From contig CAWDVE010000009.1 of assembly GCA_963805625.1 (NCBI GenBank), positions 8,031 to 72,030 of the forward strand: a stretch of DNA of 64,000 nucleotides, in the 5' to 3' direction. This document shows, piece after piece, positions 48,642 to 57,539 of the stretch. The notes below the pieces were generated by a model, which worked only from the letters and a program-made list of their open reading frames with translations, was not told the DNA's origin and ran no database searches. Position numbers and translations under genes: made by a program. The stretch is from an uncultured Candidatus Rokubacteria bacterium (lineage in GTDB: Bacteria; Methylomirabilota; Methylomirabilia; Rokubacteriales; DASRDR01). Positions within the stretch are counted from its first letter, which is position 1, and each line of letters starts with the position of its first letter.

Positions 48642-50323
48642 CAGGCTCTCCTCCGATCGAACTCCGGGCGCTGGCCCGTCCCGTACACGCGGAGCGCCCC
48701 CCGCTCGCCCACCGCGTTCGCTCGCTGGAAGATCCAGTTCTGCCACGCCGAGAGGCGCGCGAAGATCTTGCTCTCGACGGTCTCCGGTCCTCCGAATCTG
48801 AGCGAGGCCTCCATGCCGGTCAGGGCGTCCGGCGAGAATGCCGCGCGCTCCTCGATCGCGATCCGGACCTCGTCGTCCCAGTCGATGTCGTCGGGCGTGA
48901 ACGTCACGAGCCCGGCGTCCGCCGCGGCGCGCGCGTCGAGGTCCTCGCCGATCCGCCGCTTCAACTCGTCGACCCGCTGGGGCTCTCCCAGGAACCGGCT
49001 CTGAAGACGCGTGAGCCCGTTGACCATCGGGTACGCCCCGAAGCTCGGCTCCCCCAGCCGAACCGTCGCCGGCCTGCCGATGGCGCCCTCCCGCGTGCCT
49101 TCCAGCATGTACGAGCGATCGGCGGCCAGCAGCAGCTCGAGGAGGCTCCCCGCGAAGCACGAGCCGGGCTCGACGAGCGCGAAGATGGACCGGGAAGACA
49201 CGTCGAGGCGCTTCAGAACCCGCTTCCAGAAGAGCCGGATCTCCCGCACGAGCCAGTCGGCCTGGTGATCGGCCAGGATCCGGTCGTACGCCGTCACGAG
49301 ATCCGCGCTCCCCGTCGTGCGGAACACCCAGACCCCGACCGCCTCCTCGTTGGCGCGGAGGTGGAGGATCAGATCGTCCAGCTCCCGCGCGAGCGCGAGC
49401 GGCCAGAAGGCGGCGCCCTGCGTCTGCAGTCCGGCCAGGTCGCCCGGCGGGGCGGCCGTCGGCGCCGCCACCGCGATCTCCGCCACGCCCCGAGCCCGAT
49501 CGACCGCGCAGGTGAGGTGGCCGTACGCGATCCGATCCCCCTCGATCGTCCGGTCGAGCGGCGATAGCGCGATTCCCCGCGCCGACGCGGGCCGGTCGCT
49601 CCGCTCCGCGATCTGCGCCGCGCGGGTCCGGGCTGCTTCGGCAAGCCGGGACCGTGAGACGACCTCGTCGACCAGGCCCCACTCCACCGCCCGCTGACCC
49701 TTGATCCCTTCCTCGAGCGTGCAGAAGACGTCCGCCCGGTCCCGCCTGACGTGACGCTTGTCGATCAGACGCGTGAGCCCGCCGGTGCCGGGCAGCACCG
49801 CGAGGAGGGGCACCTCGGGAAGCGACACGGCGGTGTTGCCGTCGTCCGCCATCACGATCCAGTCGGTCGCCAGGGCCAGCTCGAAGCCGCCGCCGGCGCA
49901 GGGCCCGTTCACGACGGTGAGGTAGCGCTGGCCGGAGAACGCGCTCGCCTCCTCCATCGCGTTCCGCGTCTCGTTCGTGAACTTGCAGAAGTTCACCTTC
50001 CAGCCGTGGCCGGACTGGCTCAGCATGCGGATGTTCGCCCCGGCGCAGAACACCCGCTCCTTGAGCGAGGTGAGGACCACGGCGCCGACCTCGGGGTGCT
50101 CGAACCGGAGCCGCTGAATGGCGTCGGCAAGCTCGATGTCGACGCCGAGGTCATAGGAGTTGAGCTTCAGCTCGTAGCCGGGCCGGAGCCCGCCGTCCTC
50201 CTGGACGTTCATCCCGAGCGTCGCCACGCGGCCCTCGACCGTCAGCTTCCAGTGCCGGTAGCGCGATGGATCCGTCCGGAAGTCCACCGGGGTTGTCACC
50301 TGGGTCGCCGCGCGCTCCGTCAT
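48641..50323 (-). CDS. boxC: 2,3-epoxybenzoyl-CoA dihydrolase
   Basis: YRHWKL, LKLNSYDLGVDIEL.DA.QR.RFEHPEV, KVNFCKFTNETRN, SLPEVPLLAVLPGTGG, RLSAWQNWIF.R. Confidence 0.96.
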   Translation of the reverse strand: MTERAATQVTTPVDFRTDPSRYRHWKLTVEGRVATLGMNVQEDGGLRPGYELKLNSYDLGVDIELADAIQRLRFEHPEVGAVVLTSLKERVFCAGANIRMLSQSGHGWKVNFCKFTNETRNAMEEASAFSGQRYLTVVNGPCAGGGFELALATDWIVMADDGNTAVSLPEVPLLAVLPGTGGLTRLIDKRHVRRDRADVFCTLEEGIKGQRAVEWGLVDEVVSRSRLAEAARTRAAQIAERSDRPASARGIALSPLDRTIEGDRIAYGHLTCAVDRARGVAEIAVAAPTAAPPGDLAGLQTQGAAFWPLALARELDDLILHLRANEEAVGVWVFRTTGSADLVTAYDRILADHQADWLVREIRLFWKRVLKRLDVSSRSIFALVEPGSCFAGSLLELLLAADRSYMLEGTREGAIGRPATVRLGEPSFGAYPMVNGLTRLQSRFLGEPQRVDELKRRIGEDLDARAAADAGLVTFTPDDIDWDDEVRIAIEERAAFSPDALTGMEASLRFGGPETVESKIFARLSAWQNWIFQRANAVGERGALRVYGTGQRPEFDRRRA

Positions 50324-50343
50324 GCCAGTCTCTTCACGGACCG

Positions 50344-51381
50344 CTATCCCTCCTCCACGGCTCGTGCCGACATCCCGGAGGGCCAGAGGCCCTCGAGAGG
50401 CAGCCCGGCCAGCTCCCGGAGGGCACGGGTGACGTACACCCGCGTCATGCGCTTCCGATAGTGATAGACGAGATCGGTGTTGTCGAGCGGCTTCGCCGGC
50501 CGGGCCGCGGCTTCGGCCGCCCGCGTGATGGCCTCCGGGCCGAACGGCTGCCCGACGAGCATGCGCGCGGCCTCGGGCACCTCGCGCGGCGTCGAGGCCA
50601 CGGCCCCGAGGACGATCCGGGCGTCCCGGCAAACGCCCCCCTCGACGCGCACCGCCGCCGCGACGCCAAGCACCGGGAAGTCGAACGCCCCCCGTCTGCG
50701 AAGCTTCCAGTAGGTGGCGCGCCAGCCGTCGACCGGGGGCAGGCGGAGCTCGGTCACGATCTCGTCGGGAGCCTTGCCGAGGTACTCGATGCCGTCGTCC
50801 CGGAAGAGTCCCGCGACCGGAATCCGGCGCGCGCCCCCGGGGCCGACCAGGGTGGCCTCGGCGCCGAGCGCCCACAGGACCGGCGCCGTGTCGGAGGAGG
50901 AGACGGCCCAGCAGCGGGTGCTGCCGGGCGCCACCAGGCAGATGTCGCCGTCCTTCTTCATGCAGAAACCGATCGACCGGCGCCACTCGTAGGACTGGTT
51001 GTAGTAGTTGCAGCGCGTGTCGACGCAGACGTTGCCGCCGAGCGTCCCCATGTTGCGGAGCTGCGGCGTCGAGACCACGCCGGCCGCTCGCGCGAGGGCC
51101 GGGTAGCGGGCGGCCACCTCAGGGTGCTCCGCGACGCGGGTGAGCGTCGTGCCAGCGCCCACCACCAGACCGTCCCGCGCGCTTCCCTGGATTCGCGCCA
51201 GCTCCCGGATCCCGCGGAGGCCCACCAGGACCCGCGGCTCCATCTGAAGACGCTTCATGTTGGGATAGAGGTCGGTGCCCCCGGCGACCACCGCGGCCTC
51301 GCGGCCGTGCTCGACGAGGAGCCCGACCGCCTCGGCCACGCTCCGCGGCGCGAAGTACCGGAAGGGCGGAAGCCGCATCAT
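50344..51381 (-). CDS. hcrB: 4-hydroxybenzoyl-CoA reductase-like FAD subunit with [4Fe-4S] insert
   Basis: AGGTDL, LRNMGTLGGN, then DTRCNYYNQ..FCMKKDGDICLV..RC, the extra four-Cys insert typical of HcrB. Confidence 0.85.
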   Translation of the reverse strand: MMRLPPFRYFAPRSVAEAVGLLVEHGREAAVVAGGTDLYPNMKRLQMEPRVLVGLRGIRELARIQGSARDGLVVGAGTTLTRVAEHPEVAARYPALARAAGVVSTPQLRNMGTLGGNVCVDTRCNYYNQSYEWRRSIGFCMKKDGDICLVAPGSTRCWAVSSSDTAPVLWALGAEATLVGPGGARRIPVAGLFRDDGIEYLGKAPDEIVTELRLPPVDGWRATYWKLRRRGAFDFPVLGVAAAVRVEGGVCRDARIVLGAVASTPREVPEAARMLVGQPFGPEAITRAAEAAARPAKPLDNTDLVYHYRKRMTRVYVTRALRELAGLPLEGLWPSGMSARAVEEG

Positions 51382-51481
51382 GGGTACGCCCCCCAGTCGG
51401 ATACGGTCCTCAGCCTCTGGCGACCCCGCCCATTGATCGAACGGCCTTCAGCCGAGGGGGGACGCCGCTCTCGACAGCCCT

Positions 51482-53917
51482 TCACGGGTGGGAACGCTCC
51501 TTTCCGTGGACCACGCCGGCCGCGCGCCCGTCGGGGTCGATCCAGGGCGGCGGAACGCGGGTCGGATCCGGGAACTCGACGTGCGGGAGGCGCTCCGGCC
51601 CCACGCGCGGCGCCTTGCCCTGAGCTTTCCGGTCGAGCGCCTTCAGGATCTTCTCGGGCGTGATCGGCACCTCGTCGATCCGCACGCCGATCGCGTCGTA
51701 GACCGCGTTGGCGACCGCCGGGATCACCGGGAGGAGGGGGCCCTGGCCCGCCTCCTTGGCGCCGAACGGTCCCTCGGGGTCCCGGGTCTCCACCAGGAGG
51801 GTCGTGATCTCCGGCGTCTCGAGCGTCGTCGGGCTCTTGTACTCGAGGAGCGACGGGATCTTGTGGAGCCCGTGGACGCGGAAGGCCGACTCCTCCATGA
51901 GGGCTTCCCCGAGCCCCATGTAGATCGAGCCCTCGACCTGGCCCTCCACAAGGAGCGGGTTGATCGCGGTCCCCCCGTCGTGGGCGATCCACACGTGGTC
52001 GACCCGGATGTCGCCGGTCTCCGGGTCGACCTCGAGCTCCACGGCGCAGGCCGAGTAGGAGTACGCGGGCGTCGGGCCGACCCCCGACCCCTTGAACTTG
52101 GCCGCGCGCCGGGGCGGCGTGTACGAGCCGGCGGCGACGAGCGTCCCGAAGGCCGCCTCCGCCAGCCGCGCCGCCTCGTCGAAGGCAAGCCCGCGAACCG
52201 GATCGTCCCGCAGGAAGATGCGCCGGTCTCGGGCCTCGAGGTCCTCGGGCGAGGCCTCGAGCTTCTTCGCGGCCGCGGCGAGAAGCTGCTCCCGGAGCTT
52301 CTCGGCCGCCTCGCGGGCCGCGTTGCCCGTCATCAGAGTCACCCGCGAGGAGTACGAGCCGAGGTCCACGGGGGTGAGATCCGTGTCGGCGGTGACGACC
52401 CGCACGTCCTCCGGCCGGACGCCCAGCACCTCGGCGACGACGTACGCCAAGACGGAGTCGGATCCCTGTCCGATGTCGGTGGAGCCGCAGAATGCCGCAA
52501 CGCCGCCGCCGCGGTCGATCTTCACCATCACGCCCGAGTGCGGCATGTCGTTCCAGTAGATCGGGAGGCCCGCCCCGGACAGGTAGGCGGAGGCCGCAAA
52601 CCCGATGCCGCGGCCCGAGGGCAGCTTCCGGAACTTCTCCCGCCAGCCCGACGCCTCCACCACGCGGTCGATGCACTCCGGGAGACCGCACGTCGTCACG
52701 GTGAGGTGGTTCACCGTCTTCCCGTGCTCGGGCACGACGGTGCGCCGCCGCATTCTCGCCGGGTCGAGGCCGAGCTCCTCGGCGATCTTGTCGAGGTGAA
52801 CCTCGAGGGCGAATCGGGGCTGGGGCGTGCCGTGGCCGCGCTTCGGGCCGCAGGGGGGCTTGTTCGTGAAGACGCGGCAGCCCTCGAACTTGTATCGGGC
52901 GATCCGGTAGGTCACGGTCTGGAGCGCGCCCGTGTAGAACGTCGACGCGACCCCATAGGAGCCGTACGCCCCCCCGTCGAGCCAGGTCCGGAAGTGGAGC
53001 GCCAGGATCTCGCCGTCCTTCCGCACCCCCGACCGCACCCACATCAGCACGGGATGGCGGCCCCGGTGGGTGTAGAAGACCTCCTCGCGCGTGAGCGTCG
53101 TCTTGACCGGGCGGCCCGTGAGCTGGGCCAGCCGCGCCACCGCCATCTCGTGGCTGAAGGGGTCGGACTTCCCGCCGAACCCGCCGCCGTTCGGGGTCGC
53201 GACGACGCGGATGTGGCTCATCGGGACCCCGAGGACCTTCCCGAGAGCCCGGTGGACGTAGTGCGGCGTCTGGGTCGAGGACCAGAGCGTCAACTTCCCG
53301 TCCGGCGTCCACTGGGCGACGGCCGCGTGCTGCTCCATCGGCAGGTGCGTGTTCCCCTCGAAGAAGAACACGTCCTCGCGGACGAGATCGGCCTCGCGAA
53401 ACCCCTCCTCGACGTCACCGAACTCGAGCGAGACCAGCTTGTGGATGTTGGGCCCGTCTCCGTACTCGTGGATCCGGTGAGCGCCCTCGCGGAGCGCGGC
53501 CTCGATCGACATGAGCGCATCGAGGGGCTCGTACTCGACGTCGATCATCCGCGCGGCGGCCTCCGCCGTCTCCTCGTCCACGGCGGCGACGGCCGCCACG
53601 GGGTCTCCCACGAAGCGCACCTTCTCGACGCAGAGCGGCTCCTCGTCCTGGCTCACGGGCATGATCCCGAAGCGGACCGGGGGAAAATCGCGCCCGGTGA
53701 TGACCGCGTAGACGCCGGGCAGCGCGGCCGCGCGCGTCGTGTCGATCCGCCGGATGAGGGCGTGCGGGTGCTGGGCCCGGAGAAGCTTCGCGTACGCCAT
53801 GCGCGGGAAGACGAGGTCGTCGGCGAAGCGCGTCTCGCCGGTCACCTTTGCCCAGGCGTCGACCTTGGGGAGCCGCTGACCGACGACGGAGAGGCGTCGC
53901 TCGCGCGGGCTACTCAC
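51482..53917 (-). CDS. hcrA: 4-hydroxybenzoyl-CoA reductase-like molybdopterin subunit (xanthine oxidase family)
   Basis: AKVTGE, SSTQTPHY, GGGFGGK, PKRGHG, DIGQGS, DLGSYSSR, EGQVEG, GPFGAKE; GTGA-coupled start. Confidence 0.85.
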   Translation of the reverse strand: MSSPRERRLSVVGQRLPKVDAWAKVTGETRFADDLVFPRMAYAKLLRAQHPHALIRRIDTTRAAALPGVYAVITGRDFPPVRFGIMPVSQDEEPLCVEKVRFVGDPVAAVAAVDEETAEAAARMIDVEYEPLDALMSIEAALREGAHRIHEYGDGPNIHKLVSLEFGDVEEGFREADLVREDVFFFEGNTHLPMEQHAAVAQWTPDGKLTLWSSTQTPHYVHRALGKVLGVPMSHIRVVATPNGGGFGGKSDPFSHEMAVARLAQLTGRPVKTTLTREEVFYTHRGRHPVLMWVRSGVRKDGEILALHFRTWLDGGAYGSYGVASTFYTGALQTVTYRIARYKFEGCRVFTNKPPCGPKRGHGTPQPRFALEVHLDKIAEELGLDPARMRRRTVVPEHGKTVNHLTVTTCGLPECIDRVVEASGWREKFRKLPSGRGIGFAASAYLSGAGLPIYWNDMPHSGVMVKIDRGGGVAAFCGSTDIGQGSDSVLAYVVAEVLGVRPEDVRVVTADTDLTPVDLGSYSSRVTLMTGNAAREAAEKLREQLLAAAAKKLEASPEDLEARDRRIFLRDDPVRGLAFDEAARLAEAAFGTLVAAGSYTPPRRAAKFKGSGVGPTPAYSYSACAVELEVDPETGDIRVDHVWIAHDGGTAINPLLVEGQVEGSIYMGLGEALMEESAFRVHGLHKIPSLLEYKSPTTLETPEITTLLVETRDPEGPFGAKEAGQGPLLPVIPAVANAVYDAIGVRIDEVPITPEKILKALDRKAQGKAPRVGPERLPHVEFPDPTRVPPPWIDPDGRAAGVVHGKERSHP

Positions 53918-54405
53918 GGGCGGCTCCCCGCGCCCTGGCCGGCCGTCCGGCCGGCGGCGAGCTCGACGGCATCGAGGATCTTCGTGTACCCGGTGCAGCG
54001 GCAGAGATTCCCGGCGAGAGCGGCCCGGATCGCGTCGCGGTCGGGCCGTGGCGTGGCGTCCAGAAGGGCCCGGGCGGTGAGGAGGATCCCCGGCGTGCAG
54101 TACCCGCACTGCGCGGCCCCCAGCTCCGCGAAGGCCTGCTGGAGCGGGTCGAGCCGGCTCCCATCGGCGAGGCCCTCCACGGTCAGGATCGCCACATGTT
54201 GACACTCGATCGCGAGGGCAAGGCAGGAAAGAACCGGCTGGCCATCCACGAGCACTGTGCAGGTGCCGCACTCCCCCAGCTCGCACCCGTGCTTGGTCCC
54301 CGGCAGCGCGAGGTCCTCGCGCAGCACCTCGAGGAGCGTCCGGTGCACCGGGACGGCGACCTCGCGACGCTCCCCGTTCACGGTCAGGGTCATGAGGCTT
54401 CGCAT
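53914..54405 (-). CDS. hcrC: 2x[2Fe-2S] small subunit of the molybdoenzyme
   Basis: GTKHGCELGECGTCTV..SC, QCGYCTPG, GNLCRCTGY. Confidence 0.88.
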   Translation of the reverse strand: MRSLMTLTVNGERREVAVPVHRTLLEVLREDLALPGTKHGCELGECGTCTVLVDGQPVLSCLALAIECQHVAILTVEGLADGSRLDPLQQAFAELGAAQCGYCTPGILLTARALLDATPRPDRDAIRAALAGNLCRCTGYTKILDAVELAAGRTAGQGAGSRP

Positions 54406-54427
54406 GACGCGCCCCCGGACGATTGGG

Positions 54428-54483
54428 ATTCAGGCTGAATGAAGTCTAATTAATGAATACTGAATATGGCAGGCAGCTGTCAA
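54428..54483 (-). promoter_or_regulatory. hcr-box promoter/operator region
   Basis: TTGACA at 54483-54478, an AT-rich tract, palindrome ATTCAG-G-CTGAAT (54428-54440) and further TGAAT copies; -10 box not clear. Confidence 0.55.
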
Positions 54484-54682
54484 CTCCCGGGCGCAGACCC
54501 GGGACTGGCGCTGATCGTAACAGGCGGAGCGAAGCCGGCCGTCCAACTGTGGGACGCTGGCCGTGCATGCGGCGCCCGCCCTCCGGGACAGACGTATAGT
54601 GGAAGTGTCCCGAACTCATCCCGCTCCCCGTCAGGTGCGGCCGAGCGCGCGGTGAAAAGCAAAGCAAGAGCTAGCAGCGCTC

Positions 54683-55672
54683 TCATATCCTCCACCTTGA
54701 ATAGACCTTCTTGGCGTTGCCTTCGAAGATCTTCTCCTTCTCCGCCGCGCCGAGCCCGCTCGCGTCGATGTACTTCTTGGTGTCGTCGAAATACTGCCCG
54801 GTCTCCGGATCGATGCCGCGCACCGCGCCCACCATCTCAGAGGCGAACAGGATGTTGTCCACCGGGATCACCTTCAGCAGCAGGTCGATGCCCGGCTGGT
54901 GGTAGACGCAGGTGTCGAAGTACACGTTCTTCAGCAGGTGCTCCTTCAGCGGCGGGCGCTTCATGTCCTGCGCCAGGCCGCGGTAGCGCCCCCAGTGGTA
55001 GGGCACCGCCCCGCCGCCGTGCGGGATGACGAACTTGAGCGCCGGGAAGTCCTTGAACAGATCGCCCTGGATGAGCTGCATGAACGCCGTCGTGTCGGCG
55101 TTGATGTAGTGCGCGCCGGTGAAGTGGAAGGCCGGGTTGCACGAGGAGCTGACGTGCACCATCGTCGGCACGTCCAGCTCGACCATCTTCTCGTAGACCG
55201 GGTACCACCACTTGTCGGTGAGCGGCACTTCCTTCCACCAGCCGCCGGAGGGATCGGGGTTCAGGTTGCAGCCGATGAAGCCCATCTGCTTCACGCAGCG
55301 CTCGAGCTCCTCGACGCAGTTCTTCGGCGAGACGCCCGGCGACTGCGGCAGCATGCACACCGGGGCGAAGTTCTTCGGGTAGAGCGTGCAGACGCGGTGA
55401 ATCAGGTCGTTCTGCACGCGCGCCCACTGCGCGCTGATGGCGGCGTCGCCGACGTGGTGCTCCATCGACCCCGCGCGCGGCGAGAAGAAGGTGACGTCGC
55501 TACCCCTTTCTCTTTGCAGCTTCAATTGATTCGCTTCGAGACTGTCGCGAATCTGGTCGTCGGAGATCTTCGGACCCTTCGGATCGGGCTTCTCGTTACC
55601 CACCTGGGCCTTGCGCCAATCCCACAAGGGCTGCGGCGCGGTCGTGTAGTGGCCGTGGCAGTCGACGATCAT
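54683..55672 (-). CDS. ligJ: 4-oxalomesaconate hydratase (amidohydrolase fold)
   Basis: MIVDCHGHYTTAP, FSPRA, LPQSPG, NLNPDPSGG, PHGGGAVPYHWGR, FASEM.GAVRGIDP. Confidence 0.93.
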   Translation of the reverse strand: MIVDCHGHYTTAPQPLWDWRKAQVGNEKPDPKGPKISDDQIRDSLEANQLKLQRERGSDVTFFSPRAGSMEHHVGDAAISAQWARVQNDLIHRVCTLYPKNFAPVCMLPQSPGVSPKNCVEELERCVKQMGFIGCNLNPDPSGGWWKEVPLTDKWWYPVYEKMVELDVPTMVHVSSSCNPAFHFTGAHYINADTTAFMQLIQGDLFKDFPALKFVIPHGGGAVPYHWGRYRGLAQDMKRPPLKEHLLKNVYFDTCVYHQPGIDLLLKVIPVDNILFASEMVGAVRGIDPETGQYFDDTKKYIDASGLGAAEKEKIFEGNAKKVYSRWRI

Positions 55673-56475
55673 CGGAGCAGCTCCTCCACCTTGAAGCGCC
55701 GCGGAATCATGCCCTGCCGGAACGTGCAGTCGATCGCCACCTCGAGGTTGCGCCGGTTCTCCTCGAGGCCGAACGGATTCATCTCGGGATCACCCGCCGC
55801 ATGCCTGCTTTCTTTCAACAATGAAAAGACTTCCTGAGCCTGAGAATCCGAAACCGTATTCTTGACCGTCACCATGTGGTTAATCTGGATCGCCCGGTTC
55901 GTCGCCTTCCACGCCGCCGCGGCGGCCGCCGGATCGGGGATCAGAGTCTTCAGCGGCCCCTCCTTCGGCGGCTCGGCGAGGATGGCGGCGTCGATCTCGC
56001 CGGCGAGCAGCATCGCCGTCAGGTCCTTGCCGGGCGGCATGCGCGTGGCGTTGGGCGGGTCGCGGAACTCCGCGACATGCGGGTCCTCGAACGTCACCCA
56101 CTGCACCTTGCTGAGGTCGACGCCGTAGTCGTCGGCGAGGATGCCGCGCACCCAGGTGGCGGTTGTTACCGAGTAGGAACGCATCCCGACCCTCTTCCCC
56201 CCCAGCTTGTCGGGCGAGAGCTCACCGCGCTCGGGGTTGTAGGCCAGGGTGGAATGTTGGAAGCGCGCAGTCAGCACGGCGGGGAGCAGGCGATATGGCT
56301 TGCCGTGCGCCTTGGCGAGCAGAAAGGTCATGAGCGCGAGCTCGGCGACGTCGAACTCGAGGTCGCGCACCACGCGCTTGAACGCGGTGTTCGGGACTCT
56401 GACGTCCGCGAACTCCAGGGAGGAATGCGCCTTGAAGTGCTTCGTGACCGGATAATCGCCGAGGAGCACTCTCAC
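55669..56475 (-). CDS. 4,5-dihydroxyphthalate decarboxylase-like / periplasmic-binding-fold protein
   Basis: EFDVAELAL.TFL.AK, GKRVG.RSYS.TTATWVRGIL, GEIDAA, NHMV; coupled to ligK and ligJ by 4-nt overlaps. Confidence 0.75.
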   Translation of the reverse strand: MRVLLGDYPVTKHFKAHSSLEFADVRVPNTAFKRVVRDLEFDVAELALMTFLLAKAHGKPYRLLPAVLTARFQHSTLAYNPERGELSPDKLGGKRVGMRSYSVTTATWVRGILADDYGVDLSKVQWVTFEDPHVAEFRDPPNATRMPPGKDLTAMLLAGEIDAAILAEPPKEGPLKTLIPDPAAAAAAWKATNRAIQINHMVTVKNTVSDSQAQEVFSLLKESRHAAGDPEMNPFGLEENRRNLEVAIDCTFRQGMIPRRFKVEELLR

Positions 56476-57161
56476 TCCAGCGGCCCGTCCACGTATTTGA
56501 GGCCCTTCTCCGCAAGGCTCTTCCTCATGTTGTAGATGTCCAGGCCGAGCTCGCCCTTCTGCAGCCGGGCGCGGGTCGCCGCCTCCTTCTTCTCGCGCTC
56601 CTCGCCGACCTTCGCCACCGTGGCGACCTCGAGGCGCGGCACCACCACCACGCCGTCGTCGTCGGCGACCACCACGTCGCCGGGCTTCACCGCCACGCCC
56701 GCGCAGACCACGGGCATGTTGACCGAACCGATGCTCGTTTTCACGGTGCCCTTGGCCGAGATGGCGCGCGACCAGAGCGGGAATTTCATCTCGGTGATCT
56801 CGGCGGCGTCGCGGCAGCCGAGGTCCAGCACCACGCCGCGCACGCCGCGCGCGATGAGCGAGGTGGCTAGCAGCTCGCCGAGGGCGCCGTCGGAGTTCTC
56901 GCTCGAGCAGGCGACGACCAGGATGTCGCCCTTCTTCACCACGTCGCAGGCGACGTGGATCATCCAGTTGTCGCCCGGGTGGCACAGCGCCGTCACCGCG
57001 CTGCCGGCGATACGCGCGCCGCGCCACAGCGGCCGCATGTACGGCGCCATGAGGCCGCTCCTGCCCTGTGCCTCGTGCACCGTCGACACGCCGAGGCGCT
57101 CGAGGGTCGAAATCACGCCGGACTCGGCGCGGTGGATATTGCGTACGACGGTTCCGCTCAT
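56472..57161 (-). CDS. ligK: 4-carboxy-4-hydroxy-2-oxoadipate / HMG aldolase
   Basis: GVSTVHEAQGR, PGDNWM.HVA, GELLATS, GCRD, PGDVVVADDDGV. Confidence 0.93.
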   Translation of the reverse strand: MSGTVVRNIHRAESGVISTLERLGVSTVHEAQGRSGLMAPYMRPLWRGARIAGSAVTALCHPGDNWMIHVACDVVKKGDILVVACSSENSDGALGELLATSLIARGVRGVVLDLGCRDAAEITEMKFPLWSRAISAKGTVKTSIGSVNMPVVCAGVAVKPGDVVVADDDGVVVVPRLEVATVAKVGEEREKKEAATRARLQKGELGLDIYNMRKSLAEKGLKYVDGPLE

Positions 57162-57162
57162 G

Positions 57163-57480
57163 TCATCGTGCTCCGGGGACTCTACGGGTTTTCAGGAACT
57201 GCTCGAGCGTCTCGCCGCGGAAGTGCGCCACCATCTCGGGGTTGGAGACGCCCTTCACGCGGCCGAGCTTCTCGAGACAGAAGAAGTTCGCGCCGTAGTC
57301 CTGCATCGCCTTCCAGTCGAGGCGGCGGACCATTTTTTTCTCTTGCTCGGTCAGATCCTTCATCGCCTTCTCGGGATCTTCGAGAAAGGCTTTTCGATTG
57401 GAAGCATTCGTGAGGCCATGAAGGAAGCGATTGAGCCTGAAGCCTTTCGCGCTTCGTTCCAGGTCGAAGACGTATGTCAT
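57163..57480 (-). CDS. ligA: Extradiol dioxygenase LigA-type small subunit (resembles the gallate dioxygenase C-terminal domain)
   Basis: TYVFDLERSAKGFRLNRFLH, YGANFFCLEKLG, RGETLEQFLKTR. Confidence 0.8.
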   Translation of the reverse strand: MTYVFDLERSAKGFRLNRFLHGLTNASNRKAFLEDPEKAMKDLTEQEKKMVRRLDWKAMQDYGANFFCLEKLGRVKGVSNPEMVAHFRGETLEQFLKTRRVPGAR

Positions 57481-57539
57481 CGCTGGTTCGACCTCCTGAC
57501 AAGGGGGCGACCCATTTCACGCTCATGCCGGGTTCCGCC

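Noticed and set aside
47229-54286. N-terminally extended ORF-track versions of BoxB (817 aa), BoxC (781 aa) and HcrA (934 aa) as fusions
   Set aside because: The extensions overlap upstream genes and are low-complexity; internal starts match family N-termini.
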